From positions 174,036,001-174,100,000 of the forward strand of contig NC_086097.1 in NCBI RefSeq assembly GCF_963921235.1: DNA of 64,000 bases. Direction: 5' to 3'. Positions within the stretch are counted from its first letter, which is position 1; each line of letters starts with the position of its first letter. The notes under the pieces are model-generated. The model was not told the DNA's origin. It was given only the letters and a program-made list of their open reading frames with translations, and searched no databases. The position numbers were made by a program, and so were the translations under genes. This DNA is from Mobula hypostoma (lineage: Eukaryota). Shown here in pieces: positions 51,400 to 64,000 of this stretch.

Positions 51400-52304
51400 T
51401 GAGATTACCTGTAGATCTCTGTCTTCGAGCCAATGGTGAAGATTTGCTGCAGAAGACATATCTCAAGTACATGTTTGACATGAGGAGAGAACTGCAAAAA
51501 GCTTATGAGCTAGCAGCAGTTTCTGCACCAAGCAAAACCAAGGAAACAAGAGGAGGTATGATCAAAATATTAGGTTGTCTCAATTGATGCCTGGAAAAAG
51601 TGTTTTAATAAGAAAATTTGGGGCTTCCGGGGAATAATAAGTTGGCCAACCACTGGATGTCTACACCTTACATAGCGGAGAGCCAGGCGCCAAATGTGCC
51701 AGTTTTCCTGGTGAAGGCAGAGGATGAGAATGGTCATGTCAAAATTCTCCATCGGAATCACCTTCTACCCCTTGGGCAGGAAGTATGTATTGACCCAGAG
51801 CCACACCTAGTAGGAGAACTCTGCACAGTAGAAGGAGAACAGAAAGCCTGACAACAGTGATTCCAGTGGAAAGACCTGAAAAGGGACCAATCACTGAGTA
51901 CTGTTCAGACTGAGAGGATGAGGAAATGGGGGTGTGGTATGCTTTACCTTATGCAAACTCCCCAGGAATTGATGCAGAGATTTCTGAATCTCCCAGCCCT
52001 GACTCGGAGAGAATGGGCAGGACGACCGGTGGACAAGCAGATGTGACAATAGACAGTGAGGGGAATCTGGGCTCCATTATAATTAGGGATGAAGCTGAAT
52101 TCAGTCAGGTAGCCAGGGGACCTGAGCAGCTGGAAAGTACAAGTGATAGACAGGAACAGTCACAAGAAGGGCCTGAGGCTGCAGAAGCTAACAATGAGAT
52201 AAGAAGGTCTCAGAGGGTCAGGAAACCCTAAGAGAGGCTGTCATATGATGCAACAGAGAGTTGTGTCCATCCCAATAATGAGATATGTTACTGCCTTTTA
52301 CAAA

Positions 52305-53263
52305 CAGACTGGGGGGTGGGGGTCCTGGCAGGCAATCTGTGAGCCACATGGAGAGGATATTGATGGGCTCACAGAGTGCATCACTGATTCCATCAACTTC
52401 TGTGTGGACTGCAATGTTCCGACAAGAACTGTCCTTTGTTATTCAAATAACAAGCCATGGGTGACAAAGGACATTAAGGACATCCTGAATGCTAAAAAGA
52501 GGGCGTTTAGAGATGGAAATAGGGAGGAGCTGAGGGCAATACTGAGGGACCTGAAAGCCAGGATCAGGGAGGCTAAAGACAGGTACAGGAGGAAGCTTGA
52601 GTGGAAACTCCAGCAGAACAACATGAGAGAGGTCTGGAGGGGGATGAGGACCATCACTGGGTTCCGGCAAACTAGCAACAGAGGAGCTGAAGGCAGTGTG
52701 GACAGGGCCAACGAACTTAACCCGTTCTTTAACAGATTTGACATTGTGACCCCTGCCCATCCCCTACATGAACCATCTGTTGTTGGCCCCCAACCAACAC
52801 ATATTCCACTCTCCCCTCCTACTCCTCCTCACAGTCCTCCACCCTGCTCTCATGACTATACCCCTTCCCCACACGAAACCACCACAGTGGGCTTCACAGC
52901 TGAACAGGTGAGAAGACAGCTGAAATGTCTCAACTCAAGCAAGGCTGCAGGATCGGATGGTGTCAGTACCAGGGTGCTCAAAGCCTGTGCCCCTCAGCTA
53001 TGTGGAGTACTTCGCCATGTATTCAACCTGAGCCTGAGGCTCCGGAGGGTTCCTGTACTGTGGAAAACGTCCTGCCTCGTCCCTGTGCCGAAGACACTAC
53101 ACCCCAGCGGCCTCAATGACTACAGACCGGTGGCATTGACCTCCCACATCATGAAGACCCTGGAGAGACTTGTTCTGGAACTGCTCCGGCCTATGGTGCA
53201 ACTGTAACGAAAACCAATTTCCCCCGGGATCAATAAAGTATGACTATGACTATGACTATGACT
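52305..53263 (+). mobile_element. Internally deleted Rex1-like LINE with (TGACTA)n tail
   Basis: NNKPWVTKDI, KAAGSDGVSTRVLKACAPQL, NDYRPVALTSHIMKTLERLVL fused directly to a 3' end with AATAAA and tail. Confidence 0.85.
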
Positions 53264-53370
53264 AAATCAGGGAATTAATTTGAATACTGTGTTATTAATA
53301 ATGGGTTAATAAGTTCCAAGGTCATGAGGACATGACTATTTTTGGTGGTGGTGGGGGGGCAGGGAGAAGA

Positions 53371-54182
53371 ATGTGATGCCCCAGTTAAGATTTCTATTGC
53401 TATGCTGTGAGGTGTTTTATTTTAGTTTTCTGTAAAAGCAGTGAGTCCTGCTGGTAGTGTTTTGGTTCTGGCTAAAGATGAAGATCCACGTTGTTTAATT
53501 TAGGAATGGTGCGTCAGCCAATCAGGACAGTGGGATGGAAAAAAGGTTCTCGAGAGAGTTGGGCAGAGAGAGATTTCTGGTGGATAGTAGTCAGAGTTTG
53601 TGGTCTTTGGCGGGAGATATGGAGAGGAGTGGATCAGTGAAGATGCCTGGAGAGTCCTATTTGAAGGGAAGACCTTAATGGAAGGTGTGCTTAATGAGAC
53701 GAAGGTGTGCTTAGTGCCAGAAGGGTAGTTCTGCCTGTGATTGGTGATGATAATTCAGCTCCATGAGTGAATTGGTACACCCAACTACTACAGACACGAG
53801 CTCCAACTTTATTGTGCACTTTTAAACTGGTTTAACTGTAATAGGCCCTTTTATTATTTTTCTCCTTTTCTTTTCCTATTAACTGTTTGATAAAGCTGAA
53901 ATTTGGTAAACATACATTCTTTATAATTTTATGCTGGTGTGTGATCTGCCATTTCTGGTCTACTGATAACAGTGTAAGGGCAGTATTTACACAGCATTTG
54001 CTACAACCTGTGTCCCTTAATTGGAACATCCTAACTTTCCTGTTTGGTTGAGCCCCAAATCATACTGACCCTAGACGTATATTGTTTATGAAAGGTGGCC
54101 TTCTCACCATTGAGTCAAGTGGCTGTTAGCAGAGATAAGTAATGAGCCGAGTTTGTGTACGAGCCTCAGTAGGTGGGTTACA
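53371..54182 (+). repeat. 3' LTR of the second Gypsy element
   Basis: tgtgatg...ggttaca after a polypurine tract; CCAAT at 53518; similar to 61878-62525. Confidence 0.75.
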
Positions 54183-54950
54183 GTGGGAGGCCTTCCAATG
54201 TGAAATTTTAAGAGTACAAAGTTTGTATGTGCGTGTCAGAATAAAAGGTGGAAGTAACAGGCTTTAGAAAGATTGGTTTTCAAGAGATATTGAGGCCCTG
54301 GTTAAGGAAAATAAGGAAGTGCATAGCAGGTATACCCAGGTAGGAACAAATGAGGTATTTATGGAATAGAAGAAATGCAAGAGAACACTTAAGAAAGAAA
54401 TCAGGAGGGCTAAAAGGAGGCACAAGATTGCCATAGCAGACAAGAAGAATCCCAAGGGATTCTACAGATATGTTAAGAACAATAGGATTGCAAAGGACAA
54501 AATTGGTCCTCTGGAAGATCAGAATGGTAATCCATGCGTGGAGGAAAAAGACATTAGTAATATTTCATGCATTTTTAAATCTGTATTTACTGGGAGATGG
54601 ACAGAGTCTATAGAAGTGAGGCAAAGCAGCAGTGAGGTCATGGATCTTAAGCAGATTACAGAGGAGGAGGTGTTTGCCATCTTGAGGCCAGTTAGGATGG
54701 ATAAATCCCCAGCGCCTGACAAAGTGTTCCTTTGGACCTGTGGGAGGTAAGTTCAGAAATGGTAGGGGCCCTAGTAGAGATACTTAAATCATTCTTAGCG
54801 ACAGGTAAGGTACCAGAGGATTGGCGGATAGCTAAGGTTGTTTTGCTGCTTAAGAAAAGCTCTAAAAATAAACAGGAAATTATATCCCAGTGAGCCTGAC
54901 ATGAGCAGTGGGAAAGTTATTCGAAGGTATTCTGGGGGACTGGATATAAG
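54183..54950 (+). mobile_element. Eroded CR1, left part; resumes at 58228-58980
   Basis: DKSPAPDKVF, gaggattggcggatagct, aattatatcccagtgagcctgac. Confidence 0.8.
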
Positions 54951-57900
54951 GCCATGACCATAAAATATAGAAGCAGAAGTAAGCCATTCGGCCCATCGAG
55001 TCTGATCTGCCATTCAACCAAGGGCTGATCCAATTCTTCCAGTCGTCCCCACTTCCCTGCCTTCTCCCCATACCCTTTGATGCCCTGACTAATCAAGAAC
55101 CTATCTATCTCTGCCTTAAATGCATCCAATGACTTGGCCTCCACAGCCGCTTGTGGAAACAAATTCCACAGATTTACCACCCTCTGACTAAAGTAATCTC
55201 TCGGCATCTCTGTTCTAAATGGACGTCCTTCAATCCTGAAGTCATGCCCTCTTGTCCTAGAGTCCCCTGCCATGGAAAATAACTTTGCCATATCTAATCT
55301 GTTCAGGCTTTTTAACATTCAGAATGTTTCTGAGATCCCCCCTCATTCTCCTAAACTCCAGGGAATACAGCCCAAGAGCTACCAGACGTTCCTCATACAG
55401 TAACCCTTTCATTCCTGGAAACATTCTCGTGAATCTTCTCTGAATCCTCTCCAATGTCATTCCATCCTTTCTAAAATAAGGAGCCCAAAATTGCACACAA
55501 TACTCCAAGTGTGGTCTCACGAGTGCCTTATAGAGCCTCAACATCACATCCCTGCTCTTATATTCTATACCTCTAGACATGAATGCCTTCTGCACCACCT
55601 ACTCAACCTGGTGTTTAACCTTTAAGGTATCCTGCACAAGGACTCCCAAGTCCCTTTGCATCTCTGCATTTTGAATTTTCTCCCCATCTTAATAATAGTC
55701 TGCCCGTTTATTTCTTCCATCAAAGTGCATGACCATACACTTTCCAACATTGTGTTTCATTTGCCACTTCTTTGACCATTTCCCTAAACTATCTAAGTCT
55801 CTCTATAGGCTTTCTGTTTCCTCAACACTACCTGCTCCTCCACCTATCTTTGTATCATTGGCAAATTTAGCCACAATTCCATTAATACAATAGTCCAAAT
55901 CATTGACATACATTGTAAAAAGCAGCAGTCCCAACATCGACCCCTGTGGAACTCCAGTGGTAACCGGCAGCCAGCCAGAATGGGATCCCTTTATTCCCAC
56001 TCTCTGTTTTCTACAAATTAGCCAATGTTCCACCCATGCTAGTAACCCCTGCAATTCCATGGGCTCTTATCTTGCTAAGCAGCCTCGTGTGAGACACCTT
56101 GTAAAAGGCCTTCTAAAAATCCAAGTACACCACATCTACTGTTTCTCCTTTGTCTACCCTGCTTGTAATTTCCTCAAAAAATTGCATTGGGTTAGTCAAG
56201 CAGAATTTTCCTTTCAGGAAACCATGCTGGCTTTGGCCTATCTTGTCATGTGCCTCCACGTACTCCGTAATCTCGTCCCTAACAATCAACTCCAACAACT
56301 TCTCAACCACTGATATCAGGCTAACAGGTGTATAGTTTCCTTTTTGCTGCCTCCCACCCTTCTTAAATAGCAGAATATCATTGTTAATGCCTCTGCAATC
56401 TGTCCAGCTACTTCCTTCAGAACCTAAAGGTGCATTCCATCAGGTCCAGGAGATTTATGGACCCTCAGACCATTAAGTTTCCTGAGCACCTTCTCAGCTG
56501 TAATTTTCACCACACATACTTCACTTCCCTGATACGCTTGAATGTCTAGTATACTGCAGATGTCTTCCACTGCGAAGACTGATGCAAAATACGCATTCAG
56601 TTCTGCCAGCTCTGCACCTCTGATTACAATATCTTCAGCATCATTTTCTATTGGTCTTATATCTACCCTCAACTCTCTTTTACCCTTTATATACTTAAAA
56701 AAGTTTTTCGTCTCTTCTTTGATATTAGACACCAGCTTCCTTTCATAATTCATCTTTTCCTTCCTAATGACCTTCTTAGTTTCTTTCTGCACATTTTTAA
56801 AAGCTTCCCAATCCTCTATCTTCCCATTAGCTTTGGCTTCCTTGTATGCCTTCTCTTTTGCTTTTACTTTGGCTCTGACTTCACTTGTCAGCCACGGTAG
56901 TGTCCTTCTTCCATTTGAAAATTCCTTTGTATTTGGAATATATATGTCTTGCATTCCCTCATTTTTTTGCAGAAACTCCAGCCATTGCTGCTCTGCTGTC
57001 CTTCCTGCTAGTGTCCCTTTCCGGTCAACTTTGGCCAGTTTCCCTCTCATGCCATTGTAATTTCCTTTATTCCACTAAAATACTGACACATTGGAATTTA
57101 ACTTCTCCTTCTCAAATTTCGAAGTGAACTCGATTATATTGTGATCACTGTTCCCTAAGGGTTCCTTAGCCTTAAGCTCTCTTATCACCTCCGGATCATT
57201 GCACAACACCCAATCCAGAACAGCTGAACCTCTAGTGGGCTCAACAACAAGCTGTTCTAAAAAGCCATCCCTTAAGATATTCTACAAATTCTTGAGGTCC
57301 AATACTGACCTGGTTTTCCCAATCCACTTTCATGTTAAAATTCCCAACGATTATCATGACATTGTCCTTCTGACGTGCTTTTTCTATCTCCTGCTGTAAT
57401 TTGTAATCCACATCCCGGCTGTCATTTGGAGGCCTGTATACAATTGCCATTAGGGTCCTTATACCCTTGCCATTTCTTAACTCAACCCATAGAGACTCTA
57501 CACCTTCCAATCCTATGTCATCTCTTTCTAATGATTTAATATTATTTCTCATACACAGGACCACAACACCTCCTCTGCCTACTAACCCATCTTTCCGGTA
57601 CACCATATATCCTTGGACGTTCAGCTCCCAATGGCAGCCATCCTTTAGCCAAATTTCAGAGATAGCCACAATGTCATACTTGCCAATCTGTAGCTGAATT
57701 TCAAGATTGTTCATTTTATTTCTTATGATGCGTGCGTTCAAATATAACACTTTCAGTCCAGTATTTGTTGCTTTCTGTTTTAACTGCACCATGCCTCTAT
57801 TGCCCTGTAATTCATCCCACTGGCTGTGATTATGTCTCATCTCCTGCCTGTCCTTTCTATCATCTCTGTTACACCCGGTCTTTGATTTATTTCTGTTTCC

Positions 57901-58227
57901 CCCTTCCTCAGCCCTATCACTTCGGTTCCCATCCCCCTGCACAATTAGGTTAAACCCTCCGTAACAGCTCTACTAAACCTGCCTGCTAGGATATTAGGGT
58001 TCAGGTGTAACCTGTCCTTTATGTACAGCTCATACCTCCCCCAGAAGAGGCTCCAATGATCCAGGAACACAAAGCCCTGCCCCCTACTCCAGTCTCTCAA
58101 CCATGCATTAATATGCTGACCATGCTATTCTTGCACTCATTAGCATGTGGCACAAGGCAGCAATCCTGAGATTACTATCCCGGAGGTCCTGCTTTTCAGC
58201 TTCCTACCCAACTCACTGAATTCTCTC
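54951..58227 (-). mobile_element. CR1 (ORF1 C-terminus, EN, RT, 3' end) nested in the opposite orientation
   Basis: LYLNARIIRNK, IVAISEIWL, YRPP, SQHGF, VPQGSMLG, LVRPHLEYCVQFWAP; same 3' end type as 28106-28790. Confidence 0.92.
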
Positions 58228-58980
58228 TTATGGGAATATGGGAGCATTTGGAAATACATGGAATCATTGGATATCGCCTGCATGGCTTTGTACATGGTAG
58301 GTCATGTCTAAATAATCTTATAGAGTTTTTGAAGAAGTTACCAGGAAAGTTGCTGAAGGTAAGGCAGTGGATGTTGACTGCATGGATTTTAGCATGACAT
58401 TTAACAAGGTCCTGCATGGGAGGTTGTTCAAGAAGTTTCAGTCGCTTCGCCTTTTCGATGAGATAGTAAATTGGATTAGACATTGGCTTTGTGGGAGAAG
58501 AGAGTGGCAGTAGATGGTTGTCTTTGACTGAAGGCTTGTGAGAAGTGGAGTACCGCAGGGATTGGTGCTATGAATGTTGTTGTCTGTCATCTATATCAAT
58601 GATCTAGATGATAATGTGGCTACTGGATCAGCAAATTTACTGATGACATCAAGATGGGAGTGTAGTGGACAGTGTGGAAAACTATTGGAGTTTGCAACGA
58701 AATCTGGAATAGCTGAAAAAATAGCAAATGGAATTTAATGAAGACAAATGCGAGGTGTTGCAATTATGTAGGACAAACCAGGATAGTCTTACACAGTGAA
58801 TGTAGGGCATTGAGGTGTGTTGTAGAACAAAGGTACCTGTGTATACAGGTCCATAATTTATTGAAGGTGGCATCATAGGTAGACAGGGTCGTAAAGAAAG
58901 CTTTCATCACATTGGCCTTCATAAATCAAAGTATTGAGTACGGGCGATGGGATGTTATGTTGAAGTTGTATAAGATACAG
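58228..58980 (+). mobile_element. Eroded CR1, right part
   Basis: catggctttgt...ggattttagc...aaatttactgatgacatcaag...ggaatttaatg. Confidence 0.8.
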
Positions 58981-59799
58981 TTAGGCTTGAGTCATTCAGT
59001 TGTTCAGTTGATGGTTAAATTTTTGTCCATTTTTTCCAGATGAAAAGTTAGATTTATAACATAAACATGAGTTTCAACTTACTTAGTTACAGGATGAAAA
59101 ATAACCAGATGTCATAAACATGTTGACATTTGGTTCAGTCAATTATTGGAGGCAGATGGATTAAAATTCGTAGTGAACTGTGTGTCCCATTTTACTTTCT
59201 TCAGAAGCTGAACAGAATATTTTGATAAATTGTGATATAATGGACGTTTTTACACTTTAAGGTATCTTATATTGGTGTAAATCCACACTATTCAGTGGAA
59301 GAGTATTCTTGTAAGATATGCTTCAATAAATTTATGATGTATCCAAATAATTGATGCATTTTTGCAAAGCTGTTCTATCCAAACCGCATGCTGCATTAAT
59401 TTGTAAATGATGATAGCAAGTTCCACAATATAAAGAATGCCATGTTGAAGAGATGATTCCAGAAACCTTTAAATAATCACACATCTGGCTCCATAGCCAA
59501 GTTGGGGACTTGTGTTCCTACTTACAGTATATATGAAGTGTGAAGGAAAATGATCACAGTCAATATAAAAAGGCACAGGACAAATGGAAAACGGATGAAT
59601 TTTATTCCTAACCACATTGGACTATTTATTAAGACTGGGGACCCATTCTTATTGTACATCAACAAAAGAATTAACCCAAATGTTCCAACATAATTCATAA
59701 ATCAGACAAAAACTCTTCTGTGTGTAAAGGATATTACACTAAGCAAAATTTGTCAATGGAAATTGGCTACAATCTCTATACACAATTTATTAACTTACT

Positions 59800-60200
59800 G
59801 AATTAGATTCTAGAAGCCTGAACTAATGATCTAGAGACTAGAGGTTAAATCCCACCATGTCAAAAGAGGAATTTTGATCTGGCTGATGAAATAAATCAAC
59901 TATTTGTATGTATAATTGTGAATGTACCTTTAAGAACAATGTGTATCAAGTGGCATAATTTATGATACAAAGCTATACCAGCCATCGCTGTTACTTTATT
60001 GTTAACTGTCTTCAGTAAAGAATGCATTATTGGTGGCATATCCTTTTTGCTTGTCCAATATCATAACAACAAGGGCTTACGGCCACTGTAGGATCTGTAA
60101 GACTATCGGACAGTCTTTCAGAAATTATTGGATTCACTAAAGTTCTTCAGGGAAAGAAACCTGCTGCTTTACCTTATTTTACTATGGTTGAAAGGATTTT
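59800..60200 (+). mobile_element. Ancient SINE-like relic
   Basis: ctaatgatctagagac...aaatcccaccatg...ttcactaaagttcttcagggaaagaaacctgc; related to 31790-31910; family uncertain. Confidence 0.4.
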
Positions 60201-60350
60201 AAAATGTAATGCTCCCTGACCAGTTAGTTGCATTCACCAATAGATAAAATAACAACCTTCAAATGAAGGGTAAACTTATTTTCTTAAAGCTTGAACAAAA
60301 ACCTTCCAAAATGTCTTGGATCAAATGCTGTTTTACAGGAACATTCCTTA

Positions 60351-60450
60351 GCAACACACATAAAATGCTGGAGGAACTGGGCAGGTCAGGAAGTACACGT
60401 GGAAAAGAGTAAACAGTCGATGTTTTGGGTCAAGACCCTTCTTCAGGACA
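60351..60450 (-). mobile_element. Penelope-like short element arm with near-canonical hammerhead relic
   Basis: Minus strand GTC-CTGAAGA-A-GGGTCTTGACCC-AAAA-CA-TC-GACTG at 60414-60449. Confidence 0.65.
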
Positions 60451-60912
60451 TTCTTTGCTTCTTATATGAAACATCTATTTATGCATAATGAGAAGTAGCA
60501 TTCTCAGTAATTCTTGGAACTTATTCATTCCATCGTACACACACAGACCAACATAGAAAGATATGCACAAAGTTGATGCATCCATGCTTTTGTCAGAGCT
60601 TTTAAGGAAATACTGTATACCACCACTGTGTTATGTGTAAAATGAATGAACATGTACGGCAGGTGGGGTAAAAGGCACTATTTAAAGGAAGTAAGTTTGT
60701 ATTTGACTTCAAAAGATTTGAATGAGGATGTAAGATTATGACCAGTTTTGATGAGATAAGGGAGTTGGGTTGGGATATTTATTCCAACAATAAGTATCTT
60801 TAATGTGCTTCATATCTGCTGAACACGTTGATATGTCCTAGAGTGAGGGAATCACTTTTTAAACGTGTTTTCCTTCTTACAACAATACCTGTCAGTATAG
60901 AAAATGGGGATG

Positions 60913-61285
60913 CAAGAGATTGCAAATGCTGGAACCTGGAGCAAAAAAAAACGAGCTGCTGGAAGAACTCAGCAGGTTAGGCTGTATCTGTGGCAGGAAA
61001 TGGACAGTCATCATTTTGGTTCGAGATCTGATCAGCTGACTCCAAATGAAAGGTTTTGACCTGAGATGTTGACAGAAACTTTCCCTCCACAGATGCTGCC
61101 TGACTGAAGGTTTCTAACTTCTCAATTCACTAAGTAAAGCAGGTCTATAACTTCTCAATTCCCTAAAACTCAATTGAGGAAAATCTGAAATAGAAATCAC
61201 ATAAAATAGATTTTACACTTGCTTTTACCAAAAAGTGAATGCATGGAGGCTTTTTTCCCCTCAGTTCCTCCAGCAGTTTGTTGCA
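60913..61285. mobile_element. Palindromic Penelope-like short element interrupted by a locally templated insertion
   Basis: gctgctggaagaactcagcagg ... agatgctgcctgact[insert]agttcctccagcag. Confidence 0.6.
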
Positions 61286-61454
61286 GTATAGAAAATACCT
61301 GGTTGTTTGTGAATTTCATTCAATGGAACTTCAAAACTTGTGACAAAGACAAGTAAAGAAGGTTTATAACTTCTCAATTCCCTAAAACTCAGTTGAGGAA
61401 AATCTGAAATAGAAATCACATAAAATAGATTTTACCACTTGCTTTTACCAAAAA

Positions 61455-61745
61455 GTGAATGCATGGAGGCTTTTTTCCCCTCAGGTTGGGTAAGACTAGA
61501 ACTAGAGGTCAAAGGATTAAGGTGAGAGGTGAAATATTCAAGGGGAATCTGAGGGAAAACTTCTTCACTCAGAGGGTGGTGTTAGTGTGGAATGAGTTGC
61601 CAGTGGATGTGGTAGATGTGGGTTCAAATGTAAGAGAAGTTTAGAAAGGTTAATGGACGACAGGGTTTTGAAAGGATATGGTCTTGGTGAAGGTAGATGG
61701 GACTACGCAAAAGATCAGGTCGGCATGGACTGGATGGGCTGTGAT
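61455..61745 (+). mobile_element. CR1 3' fragment
   Basis: FFPLRLGKTRTRG...NFFTQRVVLVWNELP. Confidence 0.85.
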
Positions 61746-61877
61746 ATACCATTTGTCTAAAAGATCAAAAATCCCCTCAGTTTTATGGTTCAACCAAGAC
61801 AAAGGACAGGAAAAAAATAATGGGTGAAGAAATATAGTATGAGGTTTCAGTGGCAAATTATGTTAATAGAAGTAAAG

Positions 61878-62525
61878 TGTAATGCCCTGTTATGCTGTAG
61901 GCATTTCATTTAGCAGTTCTGTAAGAGCAGTCTGTTCTGCTTTCACCCTGTCTGGGTTATTGTTGAAGATAAGGGATGATGAGGAATGTGTGCCACCTAG
62001 TTAGAATGGTGGAACTGGGGAGAGGTTTTTTTTTAGTGAGGGACATTAAGGTTGGTCTTGGGTCTTTGGTTTGGCGTGAGATGAAGAGAGAAAACGCTGG
62101 GGAGAACCGGTCGTAGGATATGACCTAGTGGGAGGCCCATTTGTTCAAGGTAGATTGCAAGTGACGCTCGGAAGGTGATGTGTGCTTTCACGCTGACCGA
62201 GAGCCCAGCACATGAGTGACAGAGAAGTTCAAGGTGAGCTCCAACTTGTGCACATTTGACTGTTTAATTAAAATGAACTCTTTTCTTTTTGTTGTTCTTT
62301 GCTAACCCATTAATTATGTTAAGATTCATGAATATAATTCCTTTAATTGAATGCAGTGTACTGTCAGTTATTTGGTGGCACTGAATTATAACAGGGTAGC
62401 AAATGACACAGCATCCACACAAACTGGGGTTTGAGGTGGGAGAGCCAACTCAATCTCATGAGTTTGGCAGGACGGGAGAGTGTCTTCCCTAGACTTTCAC
62501 AGCCAAGAAAACCAGGGGGGTTTCA
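61878..62525 (+). mobile_element. Solo LTR related to the 53371-54182 LTR
   Basis: tgtaatgccc...gtttca; shared gagctccaactt...gtgcac...ctgtttaa blocks; no clear TSD. Confidence 0.65.
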
Positions 62526-62589
62526 TTAGGCAAAAGAATCTGATTTGCTAACCAGCAATGAACTACGATATAAACAAGGATGTTATTGG

Positions 62590-63010
62590 CACTGGAGTGC
62601 TTGAGTTTTAAGTGGAGGCTTGATAGGCTGGGACCTTTTTTCCCAGGAACGAAGAAGGTTGAGGAGTGACCTGTAGAGGTTTATAAAATCATGAGGGGAG
62701 TAGATAAGACAGATGATCACAGTCTTTTTTCCCAGACAGGGAAGCCCAAAACTAAAGGCTATATGCTTAAGGTGAGAGGGGAAAATTTTCAAAAGTGTTG
62801 AGGTTTTTTTTTCACACAGAGGATGTGGTGGAGGCTGGTACAATTAAATGCTAAAAAGAGATTTGGACAGGTACATGGAGTAGAAAGGCCAAGAGGGACA
62901 TGGGCCAAATGGAGACCAATGGGACGATCCGAGATGAACATATTGGTTGACATGAAAGAGTTGGGTCTCAGAGCTTGTTTCTGTGCCACCTAACTCTATG
63001 ACTCATGATC
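62590..63010 (+). mobile_element. CR1 3' fragment
   Basis: aggttgaggagtgacct...gaggtttataaaatcatgagg...ttttttcacacagagg. Confidence 0.8.
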
Positions 63011-63282
63011 TTGAACCTTCCTCAATGAGCCAGTGGTGAAGAAATCATTATGTCAAGTTAAGATAAGAGAATTAAAAAATCATTGTTGGGTGGATATACT
63101 AAACAGGTGATACAGCTATTGGGTGTGTGTGTTGTACTTTATAAGTGAATCCCACTGAAATCAAGAACTGATAGTTGACACCAGGTGACATGGTAAAAGT
63201 AGTACAGCTCTCACCACAGAGATCGTTAGCTTGTGTGGGAAGTGATAAACTCTGTTGCTTTACTGCTGATCTCAAACATTTG

Positions 63283-63576
63283 AAAAAGATAAAGATTAGC
63301 TTTTCTGTGACATGTACATCGAAACATTGAAACACACAGTGAAATGTGTTGCTTTTGTCAAATCAAATAAACGAGATTGGGCCAGGCAAGTGTTGCACAC
63401 TTCTGGCACCAACATAGCATGCCCACAACTCATTAACCGTAACTGTACATTTGGAATGTGGCAGGAAACCCACAAAATCATGGTGATAATTTACAAACCC
63501 ATTACAGACAGCGCCAGATTGAGCCCTGATCTGTAATTGCTATAGAGTGATGAACTGATTGCTACACTACTGTGCC
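63283..63576 (-). mobile_element. tRNA-derived V-SINE/HE1-like SINE
   Basis: Minus strand ggcacagtagtgtagc...ctgtctgtaatgggtttgta...gtgggtttcct followed by a LINE-like tail. Confidence 0.6.
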
Positions 63577-63597
63577 AACTGTTGTCCATTGACTTTG

Positions 63598-63737
63598 CTC
63601 ACAAAATTCTGGAGGAACCCAGCTGGTCAGGCAGCATCTATGGAAATGAATAAACAGTCAACGTTTTGGACCGAGACCCTTTATCAGTCCAGCATCTAGT
63701 GTGTATTGCTCTGGATTTCCAGCATCTGTAGGATCTC
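63598..63737. mobile_element. Penelope-like short element with hammerhead relic
   Basis: Minus strand ctgataaagggtctcggtccaaaacgttgactg at 63655-63687. Confidence 0.6.
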
Positions 63738-64000
63738 ATATGCTTACAATGATAGTTCTGTCTCTAGATATTAATCTAGTAAATCAAAAGTTGAAGAATA
63801 ATTATTTCATGCTTGCAAATTGCCAGCAGTTTGCATATATTTAACATATTTAACACCATTAACCACCATCTACTTAATTCACCATCAAGGGTACATAAAA
63901 GTAGAGAAGGAGAAACAGGAGCATGAAGACCCTGAATGCTATGTACAAGATGAGGGAAAGGAATCTGGTTTGCACTTTACTGTCACTTGCTACCCTTTCA

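Larger units (their letters stand above)
49390..54182 (+). mobile_element. Second Gypsy element, 3' half only (integrase, PPT, 3' LTR), with four nested insertions
   Basis: FQLVLPEKY, WFYWP, CMDFLSIE, VITDHYTRYAQAF, HSDQGRDFE, SRTTSYH, ILHRNHLLP; purine tract to 53370 followed by an LTR. Confidence 0.85.

Noticed and set aside
18300..64000. Exons of neighbouring host genes such as STK3
   Set aside because: No kinase or other host-protein motifs recognised; small exons cannot be excluded by eye.

Overview
Eukaryotic (vertebrate) genomic DNA; the repeat families suggest a cartilaginous fish, probably a ray (inference). The first ~18.3 kb is a CpG-retaining, transposon-poor domain holding the complete coding sequence of the zinc-finger gene OSR2 on the minus strand (join 4880-4225, 3462-3363, 2964-2782; 312 aa, five C2H2 fingers), with a candidate non-coding exon 1/promoter near 10.6-11.0 kb. 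From ~19.8 kb onward the window is a deeply nested set of retroelements. These are CR1 and Rex1/Babar-like LINEs, a compact full-length CsRn1-type Gypsy element, a second Gypsy remnant, solo LTRs nested in each other, SINEs, short Penelope-like elements with decayed hammerhead ribozymes, and a 37 x 46-bp minisatellite. The most notable observations are a preserved dual-frame alternative acceptor in OSR2 (276-aa three-finger isoform), a -1 frameshift cassette in the Gypsy element, the hammerhead-bearing short elements, and splice signals hinting at an antisense/divergent lncRNA. No prokaryotic-type system, tRNA/rRNA gene or CRISPR array was found. Family assignments were made by eye, without database searches.
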